Shown here: positions 1-12,924 of the stretch, in pieces | How positions within the stretch are numbered: the first letter of the stretch is position 1 | How the letters are laid out: the number at the start of each line of letters is the position of its first letter | NCBI GenBank assembly: GCA_026023565.1 | Contig: JAPETS010000002.1 | Location: 186,001-250,000, forward strand | Reading direction: 5' to 3' | Source: Cirrosporium novae-zelandiae | Lineage: Eukaryota | Length of the DNA stretch: 64,000 nucleotides | Position numbers and translations under genes: made by a program | Notes under the pieces: generated by a model | Database searches by the model: none | Seen by the model: only the letters and a program-made list of their open reading frames with translations | What the model was told of the DNA's origin: nothing

Positions 1-40
1 TGAGTTATTTTATTTACTTCGAGTTACTAATTATTGGCAG

Positions 41-420
41 ATGATTTCCGTGGTCATCGTGGAGGTGGCCGCTTTGACCGTTATGATGATCGTCGTCCTT
101 ATGGGCGTCGTGATGATTATGGTTATCGTGGGGGCTCTTCTCGCTACGGTGGAGGCTACGGCGACCGAGACCGCTACTACGACCGACGTGATGACTACGG
201 TTCTCGCGGAATCGATCGATATGCGTCAGGTCGTGAAGACCGCTACGGTGGTGACCGTAGTGAGGGCAGACGTGGAGGTGGCTACTATGATAGGGATGAT
301 AGCCGGTCTTCTCATGCCGGTTATGGTGGTGGACCTGCTGCAAGAGAGCCTCGCGATCCTTATGTTAGGCCTGGATATGATGAAGCTCGTGCTCCTGCAG
401 AGGATAGGTATGCTCGGTAG
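41..420 (+). CDS. Last exon of an SR/Tra2-like RNA-binding protein (RD/RG/Y-rich C-terminal tail); 5' part lies outside the window
   Basis: The window opens inside an intron (tgagt...TACTAAT...cag ending at 40). The exon encodes DFRGHRGGGRFDRYDDRRPYGRRDDYG..., a low-complexity tail typical of fungal RRM/SR-like proteins; TAG at 418-420. The RRM itself is not visible. Confidence 0.7.
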
Positions 421-2354
421 GTTCAGAGAGACTGACCTGTGCAGGCAATTCTTCTGGTGCAACCTCAACACGGTTATGTCTGGAGTTTCGGGCATCTACT
501 TCTGGCATTATCTCCGGCTTATGCCAGCTTCTACTTCCTCCCTTCACATGGCTATGTTTATTGCTATGTGATTTGTGAGAGTTTTAAGGAGATATCCACC
601 TAGCGATGCCTTTTCAGCAGTTTCTCTCTTACATCAAAAGTTTCGCTTTCGGATCAAAGGGTAACGGCGGATACTGGATGGAACAACAAATTGTATTCGG
701 TCTATCGGCGCTTCGTCCAGGTTGTATCACCTAACAAACGGTCGTTCTGGCAGGATTTCCTTTTTATTCAATGGTCAGGTCGGTCAGATCAGCACGGGTT
801 CAGTCGAAGAACATCTGGGATTATGTCATTCAGCCACACACTGTATTCTTTCGGTAGTCAGCTTTCTCCTCCAGTTCGGCTTTCAGCAAAGAAAAGAAAA
901 CGCTATCAGCAACTTAACGCTGTCAAGCCGACATAACATCCGCCGTAATATTCCTGGTCTAGTCGTCGCATTCTGTCGCAAATTTGAGCCGCCTTGCACC
1001 TCATCGTAATCGCTATGCAATAATATGTTCGCTTTTCGCCTCGCCATCACCTATAGTGAATGAATCGATGCCAGGCGACTCCAACTATCTGCAACCATGT
1101 AGTGGTCGGATGAGCTCTTCATCAACATATTTATCCAACATCATGTTCACCTTAGTCGACAGTCTCGCATTTAATCGGAAGTCTGTCTGCCAATTCATAC
1201 CTACTTTTTGAAGCTTTGGAGGTGCGTACATTTCGGTATTTTTTCCCTGCCTTAATTTGTTGGCACAGTTTTGTAGTCTCTTGATCATTTTGTGAAACCC
1301 CATCTTTGTGTGCTCTCGCAGAAGAACAGTAAAACGGCTATGTGCCTAATGATAGGTTTATGCGCCTCGGCCAATCACTAACCTCAGCCTTGTGTTTTGT
1401 CTAGCCCAGGTTCAGATGTGGCGTCGATGTGGACAATTCTACTGTGCCCTCTCTGACCTTCCTGCCTCATTGCATACCTGTGTTTGGTCTTGCTTCTACC
1501 TATGAAGATTCCTGTAATGGTGAACTTTTCGCTTATTGTGATGCTAAATACTCTTCGTGAGAGTACCTGAATTCTGCATGTCTTATGCATATGCCCGGAT
1601 ACCTAAGACCTGCATATTGCAACGGATGCCTGCTGCGAACGAGACTTTGTTATTGTGGCATACCTGCTATGTGACTTCTCATTACCTTGAGGGATAATGC
1701 TACTGCAGATACTTCTGTACTGTGATGTATTACTCCTAAAAATTAGATCTACTATCCAGATCACCTAAAGCTCATTGCCTCTCTTTGCTGTTGCTTACAT
1801 ATGTTTAAGCCATCTCACTATTAGTATATGGCATTGCGTTATAGATGAAGAGTGGGTACTAGTCTAGCTTAGAGATAGTTGATTATTGGTTTATTCTATC
1901 TATACATGTACATGATAACTAGATTAACACTCTGGCCTCATTATTCTGTAATATCAAAAAGTAGACTTTGGGTTCTAATATTTCATAGGCGAACAACTTG
2001 TAGAATAAAATCAATAGTATACCACTTTAGCATTCAACAATTAGAAGAATAGAATATCCTTGATAGTTACAGCATTTGAAAAATTTCATAGGATATGTAA
2101 GTTATTATATTTATTGATTCAATATTAGGGCTCTAAATGGTATTCATCATAGCTAGCATACAAATAACTTTCCGTCCACCCTTATACCTCCTACGATCTG
2201 AATTGGCGAGGAAATCTCTCAACTACGCCAACTTTCTCTATTGAAAATGTCCCGCTTTAATGGCCTTGCGAGTTGGGCCAGCACTAACACCCGAGAGTCA
2301 TAGCGACAAAGACCCATGTATAGAAACCCCGGAGGGAACGAAGCCAGGAAGAAT

Positions 2355-4107
2355 TCAAGATGGCGCCCGACTCTTCACCTTTGTCCATCCCGAATTACCC
2401 TTTGTCCTCCCACTTTCCTCGTCTGTTTTCGATGTCCTGCTCCTGCTCCCATCATCAGTTCCATCCCCACCTACATTATCCTCCGGTTTAATCATGATAC
2501 TCCTAGTTTCTTCAAATCTCTTTTCCTTCCCCCCTCCTCTATCCCTCCGCTTTGGCCTCACCAGCACGGCTTCCTCGTCCTTATCATCCTCGGCTGCAGT
2601 GGGCGCAGGACCACTGGCCCATTCATTCTCTTCTAGCATTTCCCATTCTGCCCCTGTCATTTCCGATACGAGGGCCGCTTTCAGCTGGTCAACGATTAGG
2701 AGGGGAGTCTGCAGAGGCCACGCGCGCATGTATTCGGTCCCGCGGGCGCCCGCAAGGAAGGTATGTGATGTTCCATGGGAGTAGCTGCCTAGCAGTGGAA
2801 CAGAGCGCGCACGTGTACGTTCTTGGGAGGACCTGCGGAGTTGCGGGTTGAGACTCGTGCTGGAAGGGTGGCGAGATGAGATGTTGATGCCAGAGTTTGA
2901 AGCAGAACGGTGTTGGGGGTCTTGTGACACAAGTTGGGGATAAGGAGGGGTGGCAAGAAGGAGCTCGTAAAGGTTGCGGCCGATGGCGCATACGTCTTCC
3001 CAGGTGTTGAGTCTGGAATTCAGGCCCTGGCTGCGACAGACCCAAGCCACATCCCAGGCCAGAAGTGACACACCTTCGAGGAAAAGAGAGTAGCCCACTA
3101 GATCGGTTTTGGCTAAATGCACTAATTTCTTGTCGGTGTAGAGGGGGCGAGGGCGCGGAAGATGCCCTGAGTCATCATGCCGTGAGGCGTGGGGTGAGGT
3201 GTTAGTAGACGGGCCAAGACCCGGGAAAGGTACAGACAAGCCAGTGTAGGAAGACGAAGGCTGAAATATGGTTGGTAGAGGATAGTTTTTTTGGGGGAGG
3301 GTGATTTCAGCGGGGAGGCGAAGGGAGAGATAGTGGGTGATGAGAACGAGGACACGGGCAATGTAGGTCATGCATGTCGTGATGAAGATTGGATGGCTAT
3401 CTATCCTCTAGTTAGTAGTCATAGATCTTGCGGCGGAAAGGATAAGAGTGAGATGTACTGTTGAGATCTCTTAGGTCTATTATTTGAATATTTCCTCCCA
3501 TATAAAATTGCTCGCGAATAGTTCCATCTTCTTTTTTTCTCCTACGGCATCTTAGGTCATAGAGACCAGCAACCTCTCGACAAAGGAACGTTCGAGATTC
3601 GGCGGTTTTGTTGTGCAGATGATCCCACAGCCGTTCTTTATGCTTGATAGACATCCGGGCGTCTTGGAGAGCGCTGGCACCTTGTTCGCGGTAATGTTGA
3701 GAGGTAGATGTTAAGGCTGTGCGTCGTTTGTCAAGACTTGTCTTCCTCCTGGCCAGCTCCGCCCGCGCATCCTCTATTTCCTTCCTTAAGCTTTCTGCAT
3801 GATTCAGTATGTCCTGAGTTCTTTCGATACAACGATTCCTTTCTGCTGTACTATTCTCGGCCGTTAAGCGCTTCGATATGGAGATGGGTACATCGGTCTC
3901 GGGATTATTGTTTTGCGCCGGGGGTACTTGAGCCTTGTTGCAGGAGGCGGACGCAAGAGCAGCTTCGACTTGTCGCGCAGCACTTTCTTTGGCAAGCAGA
4001 GCACGGGCGATATCAAGACGGGGTTCGTATAGGCAGTTTTTGGCACAGGTTTGGCAGTGGAAAGGTAGGTTTGCATTGTGGGATCGAAAGCAGGTGTCAC
4101 ATTGCAT
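2355..4107 (-). CDS. Atg14/Vps38 (UVRAG-like) autophagy-related PI3K complex subunit
   Basis: Exons 4107-3459 and 3400-2355; intron 3458-3401 (GTACAT...TACTAAC...TAG) joins the two ORFs in frame. N-terminal CxxC..CxxC (MQCDTC...HCQTC), long coiled coil, HYLSLRLPAEI and FLEGVSLLAWDVAWVC motifs of the Atg14/UVRAG family. Confidence 0.85.
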
Positions 4108-5221
4108 GGCTAGATGACAATAACAAGAGTACCGACAGGGTATACCTGACAGTGACCTTGAAGTCGGCGGTCAAAGAAGAAATGTCAAGGTATGAGGATT
4201 CCATGGACAGCTAACAGTTAGGGTAAAAGTGAAGCCATTCTGCTTCTTTGTCTTTCGTTATGGTTGAGAAGAGATTTGTGTTGTTTAGTTTTCTGAGGTT
4301 GGTGTTTCGGTAGTCGGTTTGATCGGTTTGATTGATGGTCATGACCCGATAAGATTAAGCCTGACGTAGGTACCCTTTTCTAATGGCTGGTATGTACTTT
4401 GATGACATCTCTTAGCTATTATTGTGTGGTACCTTGGTATCTTTGTTACTTTGTTACTTTGGTATGTATGTAATTATTGTATGGTTATTGTATCATTTGT
4501 TATATATGGTTTATCGTACGGTAATGGAGTTAATGCCGAGGTAGTTGGTGGCGAGACTTAAATGTGGCTTGATCGGGGGGAAATGTGTGGCGTAAAAGGA
4601 GTCTTGTGGGATGATCACATGACATAGATTTAGGTTACCACTTGGTTGTCTTGGTTGTATGATAGGTATGATAGTTACAAGAAATAGAGTGTTCAAGTCC
4701 AAGTCCAAGCCCAAATGTCGGGGCCTCGGTGCTTCGGGCTTCCCAAGGTCCCGACGGAGGCTGCACTTATAAGTATACTTTAGCCTCATTAAGCCCCCAA
4801 TACCCCCAATACCCTTTACTAAAATAGCCCCGTACTTGTAGGACGGATAAATTCCGCTCGCACATTTTAATTTCTACTTCTGGGCAAAGTACAACAGAAA
4901 GAACCCGGGCATCTTGGACACTTCTTGAACTCCTTGCATCACTAAATCCAAGATAGATAGCCCTTCCGGTCCATAATTGGTATGGCTGCCGCTACCAACT
5001 GATACCGCAGAAAGTTGCCTTGGCCGCCCTCTAGTTAGTTACTACAGTAGGCCCCATGCTGACACTGGTCTCGGAGTCGATACTAGACTCTACCTAATTA
5101 TAGTTAATTCTTGGTATCCTCCTCCTTACAGGCATCAGTGGGTGTTACTTGTTTAGGAAGGTGCCAAAGGTTCCCCTAACCCAAAGACAAACCTGACCTC
5201 GCGATCCAAGGAGAAAGAAAT

Positions 5222-5235
5222 ACGCGTAAACGCGT
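5222..5235. promoter_or_regulatory. Tandem MCB (MluI cell-cycle) boxes
   Basis: ACGCGT at 5222-5227 and 5230-5235, about 85-100 nt upstream of a DNA-repair nuclease start codon. Confidence 0.6.
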
Positions 5236-5319
5236 TCGCCTGTCTTTGTTTGAGTCTTACCCCGCAGTTTCCATTCTTCTCTAAAAATTTAGCCCTATAT
5301 AGTAGCTGGTCAAAAGCAG

Positions 5320-7954
5320 ATGCTTAGGAATAAAATTAACCACCCACCACCTACCAGGTGGGACGACGATGATTTTGAATGTCCCCCGACAAAACGACGG
5401 AAAGAGGAAAGCCTTGGTAGCCTTTCTTGTGACCTAGTTACCCCTTCCCTAGGGGACGATCAAGAACGGACGTTGGGAAAAGGGGAGACTGAAGAGAATG
5501 ACGAGATTGCTGCGGCGACATTACCACTTAAAGGCCATACCGAGCTAGAAGATGCATTGCCACCTGTCAACACAGATGAAGAGGCTATTCAAGAATATAA
5601 AGCGGCAAGGAAAGCAGAAGATCTACCGGCCATAGAGGAACGATTAATCAATCGATCATGGACAAAAGGAAAGACATCGATATATGTGGATGCTTTTAAT
5701 TTTGCACTGGAAACTGTATTGGACCAGGAATCACATCTCTTTAATGAAACTGAAAATGTAATCTTCGAACATTGGAGAAATTTAAACTACGAGGCACAGC
5801 ATCTGTGAGTCGCTACCTGTCATGTCCATGCCATATGGTATTACCTACTACTGGATTCTGACATGGCGTAGCTACGTAAGGCTCTTCTTAAGAAAGACTT
5901 TGGCATGGCATCGCATCAACCGCCTAGGTTACCACGATGATATTGCTAATATTCCCGCAGCCGTCAAAGACCTTCAGGCAGCAAGAGAATTACCTAGAAT
6001 TATAGGAAAGAAGGAATATTGTCCCGAGAAACCTGAAGAACCGGATGATATTCAGTCAAGCCTGTTCATGACTTTTGCTCACGGGTCTGAAGAGAGACTC
6101 ACCTCTTTGGAAGATGCGTCGTCGCTGCTCCTCTTAGATGAGCTTAAAGACATCGCAAAGGAGGCGAAACTTCAGGGCAAGAACAAGCAAGAGCTATTGA
6201 ATGCCTTGCGAACTACAAGCAAGCGCCAAAGGGGCCTATCTTGGACCGGACTCCGCTGCCCTAACATCCCTTCTCAAAGCGCTGAATTAAGCGGAAAAAA
6301 CTCTCCTACCCTCAGTGAAGGTGACTTCCACGAGGATAGCGCCACGAACCTGGACGAATATTTCGTGCATAAAATTCTAGTAATCATAGGGTCATGCATC
6401 CAACTTTCAGAGGAACCATTAAAATTGTTTGAGCGTGTCCACTTAGTATTCTATCGATCGACGGAGTGGACGGAAAACTCTTTAACGACTATTATCCTAG
6501 CCAGAATATCTCGACGTAATTTCCCCCAATATATTGTTTCTCGTTCTTCGAATATATTTCCATCTCGTGCTTTGTTGCTTGAATTTGAATGGGCATTACG
6601 AATCCAGTTCGAGATTGACTCGATCCTAGAGGTGACTGGTACACCAAACGAGGAAGGATGGCAGAAAATGAAGGATATTTTTGACGACATATATCCTCGA
6701 TGGAAATTATGTCTCCAGGATGAACAACATAAAGAAGATCATGTCTATGAGACGGGGGAAGGGGCATACCTACGTCGTTTTTCTCCAGGATGGGTATATA
6801 CTCGGATTGTCCATAAAACATTGACAGTCTTTGCTAGGCGTAAGGAACATCAAGAAGAGTATAACATTCTCAATGAGCTCCTAGCTCAAAGTCTTTTCCA
6901 TGCAGCCAGAAGAGGAGTATGGTATCAGAGAAAAGCTTTAATTGAGGAGCATTATATGTGGGCATTGGAATCTACTTCTGAATCAAGCAAAGAACGACTT
7001 AAAAAAGACTGGAAAAGGACGTCCCTTCAAACCTGCGAAAGAGGCCTACAAGATCGAGACTGTCATCTAGTTTATCACCACGATTTACAGAAACGGATCA
7101 CAAAACTCGAAAGAAGCTTGAAAATTCCAAAACGAGAGCAGCATAACTTTGACCATGTTCGACTTATTCAACCATCTGAACGCACTATTGATGGCATCAG
7201 GATTGAGAGGGAGCAAACTCCTTCACGGAACGGCATGAAATCGTCGAATAAGATAGGCACCAAAACTATCTGGATAGATGAAAGAGAAGGTGGCGAAGAG
7301 TGTAGTGTCGAAAGTATGTGTTTGAGTTGGTATCGTGATCAAGGGTGGAAAGGGTACCACTCTGAAGGAAGTATCGTTCGAACACTGGTATGTAACGCAA
7401 CATGATCTGCAAAGCCAGTGCTTACTTGGTGCTCATAGTTCGGCTATCTGTTTTACGATATTCTGTTTTTGTATATTCCAAATGTCTTCCAGACAGCATT
7501 CCAAACTTGTCCGTTAGATTTGCATACAGACTCCTTCTACCCTTCCCGGGCCTCCGAGATCAATCATCGGTTAGCGGAAATTGCAAATGGAGCAGCCCGA
7601 CAACTGCTAATAGAAGTTCACGAGCGGGAATTTGAGAAACAAACGTGTGTGGTGGGTCTGGATTGGTCGTTTGAGTTTGAAGATCTTCTGGAGATCGTTA
7701 CGTGCTTCCGAGGAGAAGCGTTGGCAGTATTATGTAAAGTGATGGCACAAGAATATCAACAACGTGGAGGGGGTATTCCAGATCTTTTCTTATGGAACCC
7801 AAGGACGAAAGAAGTCATGTTTTCGGAAATAAAATCTGAAAATGACCGACTGAGCGACAAGCAACGGCTCTGGATCCACGTTTTGACAGGGGCCGGGGTG
7901 TCGGTAGAGCTTTGCAACGCGGTTGCGCGGGAGGTTCGGGTTAAAGATAATTAG
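5320..7954 (+). CDS. fan1: Fanconi-associated nuclease 1 homolog (VRR-NUC domain)
   Basis: Exons 5320-5804, 5872-7387, 7439-7954 (GTGAGT..TAG and GTATGT..TAG introns keep the frame). Motifs YVRLFLRK, SAP-like LLLDELK, GWKGYHSEG, FQTCPLDL and PD-(D/E)xK GIPDLFLW...SEIKSENDRLSDKQRLWI. Confidence 0.92.
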
Positions 7955-10022
7955 TGCATCTTTCGGCATATCAAAGTATTGCCAATACAGGAAATAAAGG
8001 ACGACAAACTTCACGGAATGTCAAACCGGACCAATCAAACCAGCCATACAGATCGGGAATTAGGTCATTAATGGCAAATGCAGTTTTGTTAACCTTGGTT
8101 AACTTTTTTATCATAAGTATCATGACAACCATGGTAATTGAAATTACCCTCTAGCCTCTGGGGCTTCTGGGGCTCATGGGAGATGGGGGGAAGGGGGCAC
8201 TCACAAAACTGTGGCGGTGATGGTTCAAGGTTAAGGGTTGGATTGTACATAATTTAGTATCGATGACAGGGGCCAAGTGAGGACCGTTCATCCTTCCAAT
8301 TCTAATCATGTTAGGATGAGCCGATATAGGGATTTCAAACTTCACCAGCGGCAAGGATGTCCCAAACTCATTTTTCTGGTCGACAACTTTTGACGGTCTG
8401 CCTATTTCTGATGATGAAATGGATCATAAATGAACTCTCCTTGAAAGTACATTTAGTCATTGAAGTAAAAAGAGAAAGGTAGTAAGAGTAAGTAGAGGTT
8501 CTATCAAATAGAGTTGGAGTAATTACTCCCTTTGATCCGAATTCACATTGTCAGTCGTCAGTTTCGATCAGTTTCAATAATTAATGGGGTAATGGGATGA
8601 ACTTTAAGACGGTAGGCAACTGTGATGTGGATGTGTGTTGTATTGTAGGTGTCACAGAGTGTAGTGGTACAGAGTAGGTCCCTGGTGGATTTTTGCATTG
8701 ATTACCCTTTTGAGAAAGAAGTGAGATAATCATAATTATCATAATGTCTAGATTCCAAGATTTCAGGCTTGTCAAGTTGCGTGGAGTCTTTTAAAAAAAA
8801 AAAAGCTTATTCATACGCCACGGAAAGGATTCCTAGACATTGTAGAGAAGCTGAGGAGGATAGATATATTATGTACTTGTTTAGGAAAACAGTTTAATCA
8901 AGGGTAAAAAAGCACCTTGTAGATAGAGGAAGGTAGTGAAGAAAGAAAGAAATAAATCAGCCGCATTGCCGCATAAGCGGTATGAACTACCGAGGATTAC
9001 CAAGACATACAATATACTAATACAGCATTAGAGTCCAACACTTGGACAGAAACTAGATACTCTAATCAACTAATCACCTGTACAGGCAACTAACCACCTC
9101 CCCAACTGCCCAAGGACCCAACTACCTACACACAACTATAGACCCCGTCCACCATGGAAAAGCTAACTTGGTTCCAGTGCACGGACAGTACATCGCATCG
9201 GACTTAATAGTTAATTACGCTTTCTCCAATATTCGTTTAAATGGTCCATTCATGGTAGTAGCAAGGTAGAACTGATGAGTATTCACCCATGGAGGGACAA
9301 TACAAGAAGAATACAAGTATGATACAGGTATAGTTTACTTAGTTATACATTACCTGTTGAATGTATTCAGTTGACCCACCATTCCCACCCACCCCCATAA
9401 CTCCCATAACTCCATAGCTGGCATCCACTTACTGTCACTTAACTACTATCACTGCTACTATGTCATCGTCACCCCCATAATACCAAAATACCTTCAGAAT
9501 ACAGCCATAATACCGTCCATCTGCATCTGGGCCTTGTAATCAGATCCACCACTGTTGACTATAATCCCTTTTGGGTAAGAAGTTATGATCATGTATCAGC
9601 CCGAGCCTATACCTTGTCGCAAGGGAATCTCCATCCTTTTAGTTATTCCCGCTGAACGAAACCTCCACACAACATCATATTGTCTCTATTACCCATCTAG
9701 GGGAATGGCAAATCTTGATATCCTTCAGCTGCCGGTCCTGGCTATCAGACCTTCACATTCAAATAAAATAAATAAACCTGCCATTATTTTAGTATCAGCA
9801 TAAGGGATTATTAAGATTATTCACCCCCCTCCCAAGGGTCTTTTAAAAGCTCCCGCCCTTGCAGAATCGCTTACTTATCGTCGAGTTCTTCGTCATGGTT
9901 CATGAACGTGGTTCCAAACCAAGTCCACCTGGTAAGATGCCTTTTCTACTCCACCTCCAGGCTTTTATCTCTTTCCTATTTGCATTTTCACAAATTTACT
10001 GGGTAGATATTGATATGATCCC

Positions 10023-11907
10023 ATGTCGGCCTTCTTAGATAGGTCCCTAAATAGCAAAAATGCGGACTTGGAGAATGATGCACCTGCATCTGGTCGGTTC
10101 TTCTTTATAGATCCAAGCAACAAAGATCATCGTAGACAAGTTCGAAAACATGTCATGCGTGAACACTTTCGTCAAAAGCGACAGAATGTGAAGGCCCAAT
10201 CTCAACCGGGCCAAAATCAGACTTCAGCAACTCCAATGGTTTCGAAATGGAGGCTGCACGCTGGTCCCAGCTCTATCCCCCAGGAAAGCAGACCAGATCC
10301 AAATTCAAGACCATCAAGCAAGGGTTCCTCCACTCCAAGCCCGCCAGCGGAAGAGCGGAAAGACTCACTCGACTTTCAGAGACCACCAACCTCAAGTCAG
10401 ATTGCCTTAAGAATCGGATCAGTCTCTTCCATTCACGAGGCAGACCGTTTCTCTGCTCGATCATCCTCAGAGGTATATGCAGAGGCATCACCCGCTAGTG
10501 CAAGACCTTTTGGAGGTTCCTTAGCACAAACGCGATTACCTAGTCCTCAGTCTCTTCTCGATGGTGCCAATGTTGATCCGTTCGATGTCCTTCCTATGTC
10601 ACTCAGTCTTGATGAGCATAGTTTAGTCAATCATTTTGTTTCGACTGCGCCGACGGTCCCTTCGGTTCCATTTTATCTCCACTTTAGGGCGGATGCCCCT
10701 TTCAATCCATACAGACATCTCATATTCAAATTAGCTCTACTAGGACCACTTTCTTTTGAAGTAGGTGTTTTAACTTTTGCCTCAATCCATCGGAAGTGTC
10801 TACTCGAATTTGAGGGCCGTGAGGCAGATGTCCTTCAGGTAGCAACAACCAGCTCTGAAGCTAGGAAAGCTCGTGCCGTTCGTCTTTTGCAAGAAAGAAT
10901 AGAATCACCAGATTCACACAACGACGACGAAACTATTATGGCAACAGCATCTATGGCGGCTTGTGAGGTGAGAAGAAATATGACCTGTCACTACTAATAT
11001 AGGGCAAGGCTAAAGTAAACTGTACAGGTACGCTTTGGTGACATACAGGCTGGTTGGAATTATCTTCAAGCTGCAATGAACATGGCGAAGAAAAGGGGCG
11101 GACCCACTTCGATGAGGAAAAACCCGGCTCTGGAGATATATTTACATTGGTAATAGCCCTTCACGATTAGGTGCGCCGAGCCACAGCTGATTATATAATT
11201 CTAGGGTACGTATTACTATGCCAGGCTATCAGCCTCCTGATTTCCTACCGAACTTTGCGTCTTGGCCCTATCGTCCAATTCCACCTCCTAATCAAGGGGA
11301 CGAAATTTTAGAAGACGTTCCAAGAACGCTTCCTGAAGATCTTGATATTCTAATTCGTTTCATTCGCAATTGTGAACATCTACATCTCTCTCAAACGCCT
11401 AGATCATCCAGAGCTGAATGGTCATGGCGACGAACTCTCTTCCAACCTGGAACTCCTATTCACCGCTTACTTTCTTGCCAACCTCGATTCAAACTTCAAG
11501 TTTTTGCCCGCATGACTGCACTCATGTACTTTCATGTAGTGCTCTGGGACTACCGTCGAGAAGATGATCGCTTAGAGTGGTTCCTCTCGTTGGTAAATAA
11601 ACAGGTTCTGGAGAACAAGCTTGATCAGATTGCAGAGGTACAAATGGTCATTTGGGTCCTGATGAAGCTCGAATACACACCTGGTATCGGCAGGCCGCAA
11701 CGGCCGTGGACTGTGGAACGTCTTTTAAGCCTGGCAAAAAGGATGAATCATTCTTCTTGGGAAAGAATTGAGGCGCTTCTTCTCAGATGCCTTGTTGTTG
11801 ATGATTCGCCGACGGAACCAAACAACTTCTTACTGTGGGAAGATGATCTTAGACAAGAAATTATGAACGCTCCTGCAACTGCTCGGATAGCACCTGTCCT
11901 GCTTTAG
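10023..11907 (+). CDS. Fungal transcription-factor-like protein (no Zn2Cys6 cluster seen; basic VRKHVMR N-terminus, DPFD motif)
   Basis: Exons 10023-10967, 11028-11149, 11205-11907 join in frame. RRQVRKHVMR, NVDPFDVLP and KKRGGP motifs recur in a large family of Pezizomycotina TF-like proteins; function uncertain. Confidence 0.7.
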
Positions 11908-12924
11908 CAGAGCTGGAATTCACAGCACAGCTATAATGGCCCTGGGCGCAGAGAGAGCGCTTTTAAAGTTTTGATGACAACGGTTTCAACTCAGCGGCTT
12001 TAAAGGTTATTTATATGAAAGTCTGCACAGGTAATTTGTTGACTGATTCTCGAAGCTGAGGTAGGTAGGAAATTCCTGATGAGGTAAACGTTCAAGAGGA
12101 GGGTTGTGTGACCGCTTATTCAGAAGTTGATCGGAGCTTATGACCTAAATACAGCCGAGTCCAAGTAACTTTTTTCGGTTGAAGATTGGCCGCAAAAACG
12201 CCGGCCAAGAAAAGGGTTTCCAAAGGAACAAAAAGACAATTGGAACAACAAACCGCAAACACTGCAGAAGCCGCAGGTGATCTCATCCAAAGTTACCTTA
12301 CCGGTTCTTACCAGTTCTTACCAACTCTGCGCCCCCAGTTGACATCCCCCAGTACACCTGCAACCCCATTCCTCCGCATCAAGCACTGGCCACCCCGAAA
12401 CCCTCCATTGTTGCTAAAATCCGTCAGATCTCTTCTGGAAAAATTCACCACTGCCATGATCCCAGATCCGATCAACAGATCGACCACTCTTTCTGTAAAT
12501 ACCCCATCAGATGTCCTCCCTTCTGTCTAATCGGCCCGATTCCTTCCATTTGTCATTCGCCTCCACTTGGCTTATCCGACTTAAGACATGAAAATATCGG
12601 TCAGGACCTTGCAGAAACCGTTGTCTTGTGAACCTATCTGCTAGACCCGTAGAATAGACCTCTTTGGCCTATCCCAATGCGGGGAAAGCTGTCTTATTCT
12701 AAATGGAACCCTGGACCTAAACGCGACCTGTTACGTACTAAAACACATTGGCACTAACATATTGCCTGTCGTGTCACTGATAATATGACATTGATGAAAG
12801 TGGGCTTTCGGTGTCATCCGCCAATATGCGCCTCCTATATATGCCACAGCCCTCGGATGGATTGTCCAAGTCATCTCCATCCTTCTCATCGGTCGGAAGT
12901 TTTTCGATAACTTTTGCAAGTGCG

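Noticed and set aside
408..444. Possible GTATGC...ACTGAC...CAG intron giving the SR-like protein another C-terminus
   Set aside because: Only 37 nt, shorter than the other introns here, and the alternative tail is not convincing; would need RNA-seq.
1680..2160. AT- and TpA-rich tract as a possible RIP-degraded transposon
   Set aside because: No terminal repeats or transposase/RT remnants recognised; compatible with an ordinary convergent terminator region.
2260..2784. Antisense/shadow ORFs over real genes (here and at 14-343, 29512-29997, 40509-40955, 49398-49724, 62036-62461)
   Set aside because: Explained by overlap with the true CDS on the opposite strand; no independent motifs.
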